From Batkoa obscura (Eukaryota): 64,000 nt of DNA. A program made the translations under genes and the position numbers. Under the pieces are notes generated by a model that saw nothing but the letters and a program-made list of their open reading frames with translations, was not told the origin of the DNA and made no database searches. Each line of letters starts with the position of its first letter. The first letter of the stretch is position 1. The stretch is taken from the NCBI GenBank assembly GCA_030770535.1, contig JASVEC010000020.1:682001-746000 (forward strand), in the 5' to 3' direction. Positions 45,070 to 56,727 of the stretch are shown piece after piece.

Positions 45070-45814
45070 TCAAGATGGGAGCCTTTTGTAAAGAGTTTTT
45101 TTTATTAATAAAAAGATGAACTTATTATTTAATATATCAATTTTAAATGTTTACATAGTATGATTTTGATATACAATTATTACATTTAGAAATCATCATA
45201 ATTTTGATTTTATATATATATTGAGTTATTTTTAAATAATATCAACATCATATGAATATAAGTTTATCAATCTGATATAGTGTTAAGCAAAATATAAAAC
45301 CGATTAATAATATTCATTTTGGTGTTTATAATGAAAAACTAAAGAACGCCAAGATATTAGATAGAATCTAAAGAATTATTTTTTATGAAATAGCTTAGAG
45401 CCATGGATATTTACGTTCAAATATGACCTATGTGGAAATAATTTTTATAATCAATAAATTACATTTTTGAGTTAATTTGAAGGTTAGTACTCAATTTTTT
45501 ATTTCCAAATGAGTAGTGAATTAGCACACATTCTAACTTAAATAGTTGTATTGTTCCAAACTTTTCTTTTTAAGGGAAAATAAATAACCCCGCCCTGAAT
45601 GAAAGAAAATTACTTGAATTCTTCAAAAATATTATTGGATCAAAATAAATGTAGACTTCTGATTTTAGAATCTGATTGGTGTTTAAAAATAAAAAGCTAT
45701 TAATCCTCAGTTATTTAATGTTAAGAATTAAAGTGATATCTTATTAATTAATATTTAAAGAGTTTTTTTAATATATTAGAGTTTTAATTATTTTTTGTTT
45801 TATTTTAATTTTAA

Positions 45815-48554
45815 ATGTTTATTAAATTTTATTTAATCTATTTAATAGTTAATATTATATCAACCTTAGGTAATTACGATATTGAGACTTTATATCAAGT
45901 GATTAATCTTTTTTAGCTCATTCTCTTCAAGAACCTGAAGGAATAATAAAATATTATGAATACATGGAACCTAAAGTTCGGTTGCTTCCAAGTATTGAGC
46001 AATTAAATAAATTACAAAGAAGAGACCAAATAGTTTTAAATGATAAATTGAAGCATGACTCACGATTATCATTGAGTATTAGCGCTTATAATAAAACGTT
46101 TAAAATCTATTTAGAACCAAGTACGGAGTTAATTCATAAAAAAGCAAAGATGGTGGAGTTAATAGATGGTCAAAAACAAAGTTCAAAATTAGATGAAAAG
46201 GATTTTTTAATTTATAAAGGTTTGGTGATCAATGAAGAGAGTAAAGAGATGAAGAATTTGGATCATGAATGGTTAGCTTTAGAATATGAACCAGAACATA
46301 AAACGGGTTGGGCTAGTATTATGATTCATGAAGATGAGTAAGATCTATTAGATGACTACCTTAAATATTTATTTACCATTTATAGAAATGAAGGATTGAG
46401 TTATCAAGGAGTATTTACATACCAAGATGAGTTATATAATATAAAACCAATAAAACAATTTAATGATCAAAGAAAAAAAGAAGATGCCGTTATACCAAAT
46501 TCAAATGTAAGAAGTTATAAACATTCAAAAGCAAATAGTGTCATTTATCTTTCAACTTCAATCAATAATAACAATGAAAATGGAGTAAAATATTCTTGTG
46601 GTACCAATAAAAATCATGATGTATTTTTAAGCAAAAAAAATACCGTTCATTCTTGGTTATCAAATTCCAAACTGTGGAGAAGAGATTCTGGTTCAAATTA
46701 TGGCTGTGACATGAAGAAACGCGTGTTATATATGGGTGTCGCAGCTGATTGTAACTACATAGCTAAGTACAAAACTCCAGAAAACGCCAAAAAACAAATT
46801 ATTCATGAATGGAATACGGTATCTCAATTATATGAAAGGAATTTCAATATAAAAATAGGAATTATAAAAATTGAAGCTAATTCTGATTCTTGTCCAAGTT
46901 CACCAAGTTCAGATACTCCATGGAATAGAAAATGTGATACTGGTTATACTATGGAAAACAGATTAGGTGATTTCTCCAGTTGGAGAGATAAGAAAGGTAG
47001 AGATGATACTGGCCTTTGGCATCTTATGACCGATTGCAAGTAAGTTGATTTGTTCATAAAACTTCAATTTTTATTCATTTTTAATTAGATCAGGTCCACA
47101 AGTTGGTTTAGCTTACCTTGGTACTTTATGCGCTTCTTCAAGAGGGGATGCTAGAGGTAGTGTTAAAAGTCTAAGCATTTTATTTATATTAACTTTGTTA
47201 TAAAGGAGGCTTGCAAGGAGACACAGGAACCGGAGTATCTTCAGTAACAGAGGAAACATGGAAAGTAGTAGCTCATGAAATTGGACATAATTTTGGTGCT
47301 CAACATGATTGTACTTCAAGCGATTGTCCATGTTCTGGAAGATCATGTTCAGGCTGTTGTCCTTGTGATGGGGATTGTGATTGTAAAGGGAAATATTTAA
47401 TGAATCCATCAAGTACACCAAAAAGTCTTGATTTTAGGTAATTCATTTTTTAATTGAAATTTTTAATTTTATTTTATAAATTTCTATTTTTTAGTCCTTG
47501 TTCACTTAGATCAATGTGCTCCACCATTTCATCTTCTGGTTCATGTCTCTCTTCATCTGGTTCTATACCCACTTATTCCGAAGCAATGTGTGGTAACGGT
47601 ATTCGTGAAAAGGGAGAAGATTGTGATTGTGGTGGTGAAGCAGGTTGTAAAGATAATCAATGTTGTGACCCTAAAACTTGTAAATTTAAAAATGGGGCAC
47701 AATGCGAGTAAGTTTATTATTAAATAACAAAATAAAATTTTAAATTAACAATAACAGTGATCAAAATGATGCTTGCTGTAATGGTTGCAAAGTCAAATCT
47801 TCTGGTGTAGTCTGCCGTAAAAAAGCAGGAGAATGTGACCTTGAAGAAGTGTGTGATGGAAAAAGTGGAGAATGTCCAAAAGATATCTTTTTAGATAATG
47901 GTACACCATGTAATTCAACAAGTGGTGATTTAAAATGCGCCAATGGATTATGTACTTCTAGAGATGCTCAATGTAAATCTAGATCTCAGGGTACTAATGT
48001 ACTATTAAGTAAAGCATGTTCAAATTTCAATAACGCTCCTTGTAAATTGACTTGTGCTTCAGAAGATTCTCTGTTAACATGCTATAGCATGGCGGGTGAT
48101 TTCGCTGATGGTACCCAATGTGGTAATAATCAATTTTGTGATAAAGGGAAATGTGTTGGTGGTAACTTTTGTAAGTTTTGTATTATTTTAATTCAGTTTA
48201 GCTAATTTTGTTTATAGTTGATACCATACTTACCTGGTTTCAAAATAATAAAATCATAGCGATTGTTGTTGGCGTTGGACTTGGTTTAATATTATTATCT
48301 TGTTTATGCTCTTGTATATGTCGTGGGAAAAGAGCTTACAAGACTAGAATTACATCACAGCCACCGACCCCCTATCCTGGTGCTTACAATAATAATAATA
48401 GCTATCCATTAAATGGTATGAATCCACCTGCCAATTATATAGATCCTACGGCCTATAATGGCCCTGCACCGGCTTATTTCCCCCTCCACCTCAAAGTCAA
48501 CCACCAATAGGGCCCGGTGGTTTTGCTTATAATGCAAACCGCCCACCTCATTAA
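45815..48554 (+). CDS. ADAM (M12B) disintegrin-metalloprotease, multi-exon; apparent C-run frameshift near 48481
   Basis: Signal exon 45815-45869, prodomain ending WRR, HEIGHNFGAQHD zinc motif, YLMNP Met-turn, CGNGIREKGEDCDCG/GECD disintegrin, TM helix, Pro-rich tail. Confidence 0.93.
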
Positions 48555-48780
48555 ATGGTAGTTGGGTCACTTTTTTGTTTATAATGGTAAATGTTGTTGT
48601 TTTGTTTTTATAGGCTAAGTTTTAATAAAAAATTAGTATAAAATAAATAATCAAGAATAATGTATAATTTGAGTAAAAGTAAATTTATCTAAAATGGTAT
48701 GTAACTAACAAGTGTTATAAATTTTTAAATTTGAGGTATTGAGAATTTTAACTTTAATTTGACAAGTATATTAAACATAT

Positions 48781-48877
48781 GAGAGTGTTTTTTGGCTTCA
48801 TTACTTTTTCCATCTTTTAAGCGCTATTTGGGTGGAAAAATTGTTAGTAAAATTCTTAAATACAAGAATACATCTCC
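48781..48877 (+). mobile_element. ~98-bp MITE copy, TSD ATAT
   Basis: atat|GAGAGTGT...ACATCTCC|atat. Confidence 0.85.
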
Positions 48878-49110
48878 ATATTATTTTTTACATTCATACT
48901 TTTGAAAGAATTTGTTCAAACGTTTTTAATACAATTATTTTCATTGAGCTATAATAAAATTGGTCACATTCTAATAAATCTTTGAACAAATCTTATCTTT
49001 AGTGTAACTTCAAGTATCACTAATTGAGTTCTATATTTTTTGTCAAGTTTTATATAATATTGCTTACTATAAGACTTTATCAAATTATAAATTGAAAATA
49101 ACAATGATAT

Positions 49111-49208
49111 GGGGATGGATTTCTGTATTTAAGAATTTTACTAACAATTTTTCCACCCAAATAGCGCTTAAAAGATGGAAAAAATAATGAAGCCAAAAAA
49201 ACAACCCC
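49111..49208 (-). mobile_element. ~98-bp MITE copy, TSD ATAT
   Basis: atat|GGGGATGG...ACAACCCC|atat. Confidence 0.88.
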
Positions 49209-49697
49209 ATATAATATAGTGGCGAAAAATTAGTCTGTACTTTTATTAAAAAATTAAAAAATTAAAAAATGTATAAATTAATGAAAGTCAATAAAAAATA
49301 GTTTGTATTTAATTACTTTAAGTTTCTTATTAATTGTGTTGAAAAAATTGAACATTATATTTAAGGAATGTTAAGATTTATTTCCCAATAATTTACAAGA
49401 TTTATATTTACATAAATTCAATGTATTGAAATAAAACAAATAACAGTGCTGTATAGCCCAAATCTGAATTAATTTTTCCTTTAAAAAAATACAATATTAT
49501 ATGAATCTTTTTATATTTACCTTATTATTTATAATGGTGAAAAAAAGGCAGTTTTCCTAAATACTTCCCTTACGCAAATATTGAATAGTTTTCATATAAG
49601 TTTAAAAGCCCAGTTAAAAATAAGACAAAAACTTTCCAATTTCACTTCTTAGATCATTTTCTGTAGCGTAAAATTTCGAAAAAAATATTAAATAAAT

Positions 49698-49794
49698 AGG
49701 GATGCTTTTTTGATTTCGTTACTTTGCCATTTTTTAAGTGTTATTCGAGCGGAAAGGTTGTTACTGAAATTCCTAAATAAAAAAACATATCCCC
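49698..49794 (+). mobile_element. ~98-bp MITE copy, diverged
   Basis: Alignable core, CCCC end, flanks aaat/agat. Confidence 0.7.
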
Positions 49795-49918
49795 AGATGT
49801 TGAGCAAAAAAACACCCTTATACGGTTAATCTTGAAATCGAGCAAAAAGAAACTATTTCTATATTACTGGTGGTTTCAATTTATTAAAAATCAGTTTGAA
49901 TCAAAATTTTAAACCTAT

Positions 49919-50015
49919 GAGAATGTTTTTTTTGGTTTCATTACTTTTTCCATTTTTTGAGCGTTATTTGAGCGGAAATTATCAGTAAAATTCTTAAACA
50001 AAAAAATACATCCCC
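49919..50015 (+). mobile_element. ~98-bp MITE copy, TSD CTAT
   Basis: ctat|GAGAATGT...ACATCCCC|ctat. Confidence 0.85.
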
Positions 50016-51452
50016 CTATATAAAACGTCAATTTATTTTTGAAAGGATTATGAAAATTTTAATTTGTCTATATGTTGAAATTAAAAGGTATGAGTTCCTA
50101 AATGACAGTATTTTGATATCAAAGCTTTACAGGTGAGTCTTTTGTCAATAGACCAGGGTACAGTAACTGATTTTTACTTCAGTGCTGTCCTAAAATACTA
50201 AAACAATTAAGGAATAATAAAGGGATTAGATGTAAAAAGATTAAAGGATAATAGAAAAGACTAAAAATTAAAAAGCTTTGAATGAGTTTGAATCCTATCT
50301 TAGTTTAACGTTGCACAATTCTAGAACTTACAGTTGTGCTTTGATGATACCCCTCAACTATTTTTTTACTTTTATGTAAAGTTTACAATAGGTTACAAAG
50401 CTCACTATAAGAAAATAAATGTTTGTTTTACACTAGATGTTTAATCTCTATAAAAGATTTACACATGTTTACTTTTTGCTATATTTTTCCAAATTTGATT
50501 ATAGATCTATAAAAACAATAGAAACTTCAATAGTATTATTACTGGTTATGCCTGCCATTAATCGATTTACCACATATTCATGAAGATTATCATATAGTAC
50601 ATTTTGAAAAATATAATAGTAAAGACTATCAATGATCGTAATAATTACTTTCAGGGTTTTATAATCTAAACTTATTAGATACTCTGAAGTACATAGTTGG
50701 TTTAATGTCCTTTTAGTCCTTTATATCATATGGCTTGAGTACATTTAATAATAACGGCTGACGTGGGAACCTTATTATCAAATATTAACACCCTTGTTGA
50801 TAAAATAATAAATATTCATTATCTATCAAAACCGCTTATACCAAAATTTTATAGCATTAAAATCTATTTATAAAGAATAATAGTCACAGTTAAAGTTTTA
50901 AAATAAAAAAATAAATGAATTATTATAATAATTTAAACTTTTACTATCTAGCTCTCTTTTTAAATTGTTTTCCTCTTGTGGTTATTTTAGGATTTTAATC
51001 CGTTTGAGCAAATGAACAGTTTTTCAAATGTAGTGACTAGTTACTTTGAGACTTTTTCTTATCTTACCTGATTTAAGTAATAACTTTAGTAAACAGAGGA
51101 CAAAATCTAAAAGGTTTTGAGCACTAAAAAAACTTCTGTGATATTTATAAAATATACTTAACTTATAATTAACTATTTAAAATTAGAATTTACTACAGCT
51201 TTTCGATTTAACCGTATATTACCTGACTAATTTATATTACCTTGAAATTGAATGATGAATTTTAGTTGAAATTTAGTTTCTAGATTATTCTATTATAAGT
51301 ATCTTTAAAATCACCTTGAAAACAGTGAATTGTAAAGTACATATGGATACTGGGCCTATCATATACACTCATTTGAATGTAATTTATTTGAAATAGTTTT
51401 TAAAAAACTATTAGAACCTCAAGAACCCAGAACCTTTGTTAAATTAGAGTAG

Positions 51453-51542
51453 ATCGATATTTGTAATTGATAAATTATTCTATTAGATGCCAATCAAATC
51501 GATATTTGTAATTGATAAGTTGTTCCTCTGTTAAATATCAAT
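51453..51542. repeat. Two tandem 45-bp units
   Basis: atcgatatttgtaattgataa at 51453 and 51498. Confidence 0.8.
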
Positions 51543-53036
51543 ATACTATTTCTTTCTGATTTTTATAATTCCCATTCTTATAGATTGAATTATTCATGTG
51601 TGATAAAAATTATCTATTATTAAACACATGAAATCTATACATTTATTTATTAGTTTTTTCAATATTCTTCTTTAAGCTATGTTTGAGCTTAACAACTATC
51701 TTAAGCTTAATCATCATTTTAATATCTAAAGGATTTTGAATATTTTTATGGAACGCTGTGTTTGTAACATTAATATAGATTATAATATATTCAATAATTG
51801 TATAAAAAACAAAAAAAAATTTCGCATTGTTAACTAATGTAGCATATTTACTTTTATAACTGTTTTAGTTAAAAATAGTAAAAAAATTGAATGTCAACAA
51901 AACCCCAATAAAACATAATAAGCTTAAAATTCTACTTTTAGTTATGATCAGTATTCTTAAAATTTGTTCTTAAATTTAGCAGAATATCAAATGCGGGAAA
52001 ACTATTTACATCTCCTATATCATTGTTGCTTTTAGTAATGATTTTTACGCTCTCTATGTTTATTTATTAGAGGCTTAAAGTGAGATATACCTTTTCATCA
52101 TTTATGTCAAAAGAATAAATTATTGAGATTCATAATAATTTATATTGTTAAAATATCTAAAAATATCCTAAAAATGAAAAAATAAAAATTCATTATTGAG
52201 CTTTAGCTTAAAGGTTCATACACTATCTTGATCTAATTAACATAATAATAAGTTTAATTTAGTTACACAAAAAAGATACTTTTAATTTTTCACTTGAATT
52301 TTTAATATTAAAGTTACTCGATTATCACAAGATAATTAAGGAGTAGATGAGAGTAATTCTTTTTCAGTTAAATCAAAAAGTATCCTATTTTATTAAAATA
52401 ATATTTTTAACCATAATTTTATTATAGGGAATAAAAAAAATTCTAAGCTTATAGTGAATAATTTATAAGCTATAGGCCTGTAAATGTACTAAAATATCGA
52501 ATCATCTTCCATGTGAAGAAATAGTGGTAACCAATTTGTATTGAAGTTCTCAATTCCATACCTAGAATTGATAACTCATTCAATCCTCAAATTAGAAAAC
52601 AACTCATTAAAGTGATTAAATTGCACTGCAGAAACTTCTTGCTTTATAGTAAAAGCTGTTATTAAAGTGACTCTGTCATAAAATAAATCATTCCTTATCA
52701 TAAAATCTACTTTGGCTTTAACTAATTAAATACCCCATCCAACCTAAATGCTCACTTTAATTTAAAAGTTTCCCTGTTAAAGCTTTTCATTTATTTTATG
52801 ACAAAGTCATTTTAATAATATAGATTGTTATGTATTATTTTGGAAAAAAGTTTAACATCAGAATCTTATGCATCACAGGCACAAAAAAGGACTTAACAAG
52901 TTGAAGAAAGTCGATTCCATTTAAGGAAATGGGAGTATTAATTAAAATCAGAAGCTATATCAAGTGAAAACATATAAAAGGATAGAAAAATACTACATTG
53001 AAAAATTATCTTTTTGATAGCAAAGACAAACACAAT

Positions 53037-54500
53037 ATGGATAATAAAAATATCGGAAATGAAGTTGACCCAAATCATTTATTTAAACGTTTAGATAACC
53101 TCAACTGGAGTGCTTGGCACACAAAGTTGACTATTATCCTTGGTGTAGGTTGGGCCTTTGATTCTTTTGAGATTACTGTTGTATCTTCTATGCTTAAAAA
53201 TTTGAAATTATATTTCAACGTCAATGCCCAAGGAGCTGGTGCCATTACTACCGTATGGTTAATGGGTGCTTTAGTTGGTGCTTTAGGTTTTGGTTATTTC
53301 GGTGATAGATTCGGAAGAAAGCTTTCTTTTGTTGTTACTATTTTATTTTACTCTTTGATGACTTGTATTACCGCCGCTTCCTTCCATTATCCTTTCTTTT
53401 TGGTATTCCGTTTCTTAACTGCTGTTGGTGTTGGTGCTGAATATACTGCTGTAAATTCTACTATTTCTGAGTTCATTCCATCGAAGCATCGTGGTAAAGT
53501 CAATACAATTGTTATGAGTTTTTGGGTTGTAGGTGCTTTAGTTGCTAATGCCATCCAATATCCTATTTTGCAATATTTAGACAAATCTTACAATTGGAGA
53601 ATTGGGTTTGCCATTGGTGGATTAGCTGCTGTTTTTGTTTTAATTGTAAGGCATAAACTTCCCGAATCCCCCCGTTGGTTATTATCTCAGTCTCGTTACC
53701 AAGAAGCTGAGGAGGTAGTTACATTTATTGAAATGTCTTCTGGTCAAGCTAATAACAAATTTGAAACTCCACTATGTGAGAATTTGATTGCTTATAAGCC
53801 ACATGAAAAGATGTCTTGGTTTGCTGTTGTTAAAAGTTTATTTGTTAAATACCCATTCCGTTGTGCATTTGGTATGATCATGAACGCATCCCAAGCATTT
53901 GCTGATTATGGTGAATCCAATCTTATGTCTTTAGGTGTATTCGATAATGCTAATATCAAAGATGGTGACGTTTCATTGACATATTTATATGGTACTATTT
54001 GTTCTATTGCCTCCTATATAGTTGCTGCTTATTTGATTGACAAAATTGGTAGAAAATTCCTTTTGCCAATTGTTTATACCAATGCCATTATCGCATCTAT
54101 AGTGCTTATTCCAGCTTATTATTCTTCTAATGTCAAAGCAGCTATCCAAGGTGCGCATTGCTATTACATCTTTTCTTACTTTGCTGTTATGGGTACTGTA
54201 TATCCAGCTATCACTGAAGCCTTCCCAACCCATTTGCGTGCTACTGGTATTGGAGTTTCAGTAGCTGCTGGTCGAGTCATTGCAGCTGTAGCCCCTTATA
54301 TTTTACTTGGTATTTATGATCCCGAAGGAAAAAGAGACGTTGTTGGATCAGCAGTATGTATTGCTGGTTTCTTAGCTACAGGTTTATTGATGTCTTTGTT
54401 CTGGTTCAAATATGGTATTGATGGTAAAGGCAAATCGCTTGAAGAGATGAATGGAGAATCTGCCGAAGTAGATGCTACCGACAAAGCCTTTAAAGCCTAA
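53037..54500 (+). CDS. MFS transporter (SV2/NiaP/aromatic-acid-symporter-like), intronless
   Basis: ~12 hydrophobic segments, GYFGDRFGRK motif A, WR, PESPRWL, DKIGRK, TEAFPTHLRATG. Confidence 0.9.
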   Translation: MDNKNIGNEVDPNHLFKRLDNLNWSAWHTKLTIILGVGWAFDSFEITVVSSMLKNLKLYFNVNAQGAGAITTVWLMGALVGALGFGYFGDRFGRKLSFVVTILFYSLMTCITAASFHYPFFLVFRFLTAVGVGAEYTAVNSTISEFIPSKHRGKVNTIVMSFWVVGALVANAIQYPILQYLDKSYNWRIGFAIGGLAAVFVLIVRHKLPESPRWLLSQSRYQEAEEVVTFIEMSSGQANNKFETPLCENLIAYKPHEKMSWFAVVKSLFVKYPFRCAFGMIMNASQAFADYGESNLMSLGVFDNANIKDGDVSLTYLYGTICSIASYIVAAYLIDKIGRKFLLPIVYTNAIIASIVLIPAYYSSNVKAAIQGAHCYYIFSYFAVMGTVYPAITEAFPTHLRATGIGVSVAAGRVIAAVAPYILLGIYDPEGKRDVVGSAVCIAGFLATGLLMSLFWFKYGIDGKGKSLEEMNGESAEVDATDKAFKA

Positions 54501-54799
54501 TACTAATATGTGGATCATATAGGTTCAAACTTAAGTTGTTTCTTTTTAATAAATATTTAATATAATTTAAAACAAATTCGGAGGCCACCGTATTACATAA
54601 TAACTTTCAAAATATTAAAAACTAGTTAAACTAATTTGTTCGAATGTCCATTGATTTTAAAAATAAGTTTAACTTGCTAAGAAGCTACTATAGTTATATT
54701 TATTAATCAAAGTCGAACTTCTGTATGCGTTGTTTTTAATTTAAAGGAGATGGATCCCAAATAACAACTTTATTAATATAATAAAGTCAATTAAATAAT

Positions 54800-55790
54800 A
54801 GGATTAAATGGCCAAGACGTGATAATATTTCTACGATTGTAGTTTACTAATTGGAGCTCAGCAAAACTGAAATCCTATTCTCAAGCGATCCATCATTCAG
54901 TAAATATGGTCTGAGCCAAAGGAACTAGTCTCTTTTGTAAAAAAGAAAGATAAGAAGGTAGGATGGAAGTTGGAAAAGTAAGCAACAATATCATTAATAT
55001 CATATATATAATTATGTGGAAACAATGAATAGCCAAGATGTTATGATACCACAGGTTTTGGCTACTGAAGCATGTAGAGAATCGATACTCAACTGAGTCT
55101 CCAAGTGAACTACAATATGGGCAGTATAAATCCACTTCAGGTTTGTATATATGAATCTTGTTTTTGATAGAGAAAGCCCAATTAAACATTTTTACCAAAT
55201 TCACTGCTCAATTGAATTTAGGCCATGTTAAGAAAGTTGAATGAGGAGGGGAGGTAGGTTTGTATAAAATTGAGCAACAGTCTTGATTAAACCACTTCTG
55301 TAGATTCTTAGCAAGGTGGGAATTGAGCGCCATAACTCTAAGTTGTTTCATAAGATAACCAAGGATGGTTAACTACTTTAATACTGAATTGTTTGAAATT
55401 TTTATATTAAAGTTTTTCTCCAAAAAAGTTGGATCAAGAGTTTTGCTTAACTGGGTTAAATTTGAAGGGATAGCTCGTCAGATTTAGACTTTAGCAAAAA
55501 AATTCATCTCTGCAAGTTGTAGTGTGTTTTTATTTTATGATAAGATGTGGAAGTTGCAATAGCTTTTTCTAGATTATGAAGATTTTTGTAAGTTGTATAG
55601 GAGACCCAAAGTTGTATTTATTTATTTACTTTCAGAACGAAGCCTACCTAAGGAATCGAAGGTTTGGCTTCTCAGGTGAGTCGGATAACGATTGAGAGCA
55701 GCCAACCACTAGAGTAACTCACCCCTAAATTATCATTTGTGCTCGTGGTTAATATCTCAATAAAGAAGCCCATTCAACTTTCTAGAAGGG
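54800..55790 (-). pseudogene. Decayed 3' part of a non-LTR (L1/Tx1-like) retrotransposon ORF2
   Basis: YCPYC...DSVEYRFSTC....LW resembles the zf-RVT CCHC finger; multiple stops; locally higher GC. Confidence 0.55.
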
Positions 55791-56384
55791 ACAGCTGCGC
55801 TTTTGAACTTAAAAAACTTAGAATTTTATATACATTGCTTGTTTAATAACTTTTTTAAATAAAAATAGTAACAACAGGACTTTCTTATGCTTTTATAGAC
55901 TTTAAATATAAGGGGTTGTCTGAATTAGTTTCATTATTTTATCCAATTTTTGAAAAATTTTGTATTTTAAAAACTTCGCTTAAAATTTTGTAAAATCAAA
56001 TCTTTTATTAAAACAAAAGTACCCGACACAGTTTTAAATCATTCTACTATAGCTCATACTGTAAGTTAGTTGAATTTCTACTAGATCTTAAGTACATATT
56101 CTTATAAAACTTTATTAAGAAATGTTTATTATTGACCACTTTATAACTAACATTGCAGATTTGTTATCAAATAAATAAGCTATTTTAATCTTACAATTAC
56201 ATTATTAATATATTGATAGCTAATGAATAGCCGCATGGGAGGCAGTAGTTAGCCCCAAAACTATAATTAACCATCCTTATGTAGTACAAGTAATATAACA
56301 ATAGATTCTACATATTATTATAATTACTTGCTCTTTGACTATTCATTAACTTAGCTATTAACAACTTAAGTAATCTTAACATTT

Positions 56385-56483
56385 GGGGCTGTTTTTTTTG
56401 GCTTCATTACTTTTTCTATCTTTTAAGCACTATTTGAATGGAAAATTTGTTAGTAAAATTCTTAAACAAAAAAATGCATCCCC
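56385..56483 (+). mobile_element. ~98-bp MITE inside the old Sola-like copy
   Basis: attt|GGGGCTGT...GCATCCCC|atat. Confidence 0.88.
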
Positions 56484-56727
56484 ATATCTTCTATTTTACC
56501 TAATGCTTCAAAACTACTTTCCTATTTTGAAAGATTCCAAAATGTCCATCAATTATACTTTTTTCTAACTGTATACTGAGTACATATATTACATAAATCT
56601 GTTTTCCTTGCTGCGTTTTTAAAATTATTTGGTATATATTTAAAAGATGGTGACTTAGCTACTGCTTTATCTTTCAAATCATTAAAATATTTACTGTATA
56701 TCATTCTTCTACTTTTATTTAACATAT

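Noticed and set aside
51453..51542. CRISPR-like repeat-spacer pattern
   Set aside because: Only two units, the 'spacers' are also similar, no cas genes, eukaryotic context
51990..52035. MITE-end-like catctcctatatcattgtt
   Set aside because: The MITE core is not present upstream
56383..56568. Short ORFs here and at 62871-63131
   Set aside because: They are chance translations of MITE and TIR sequence
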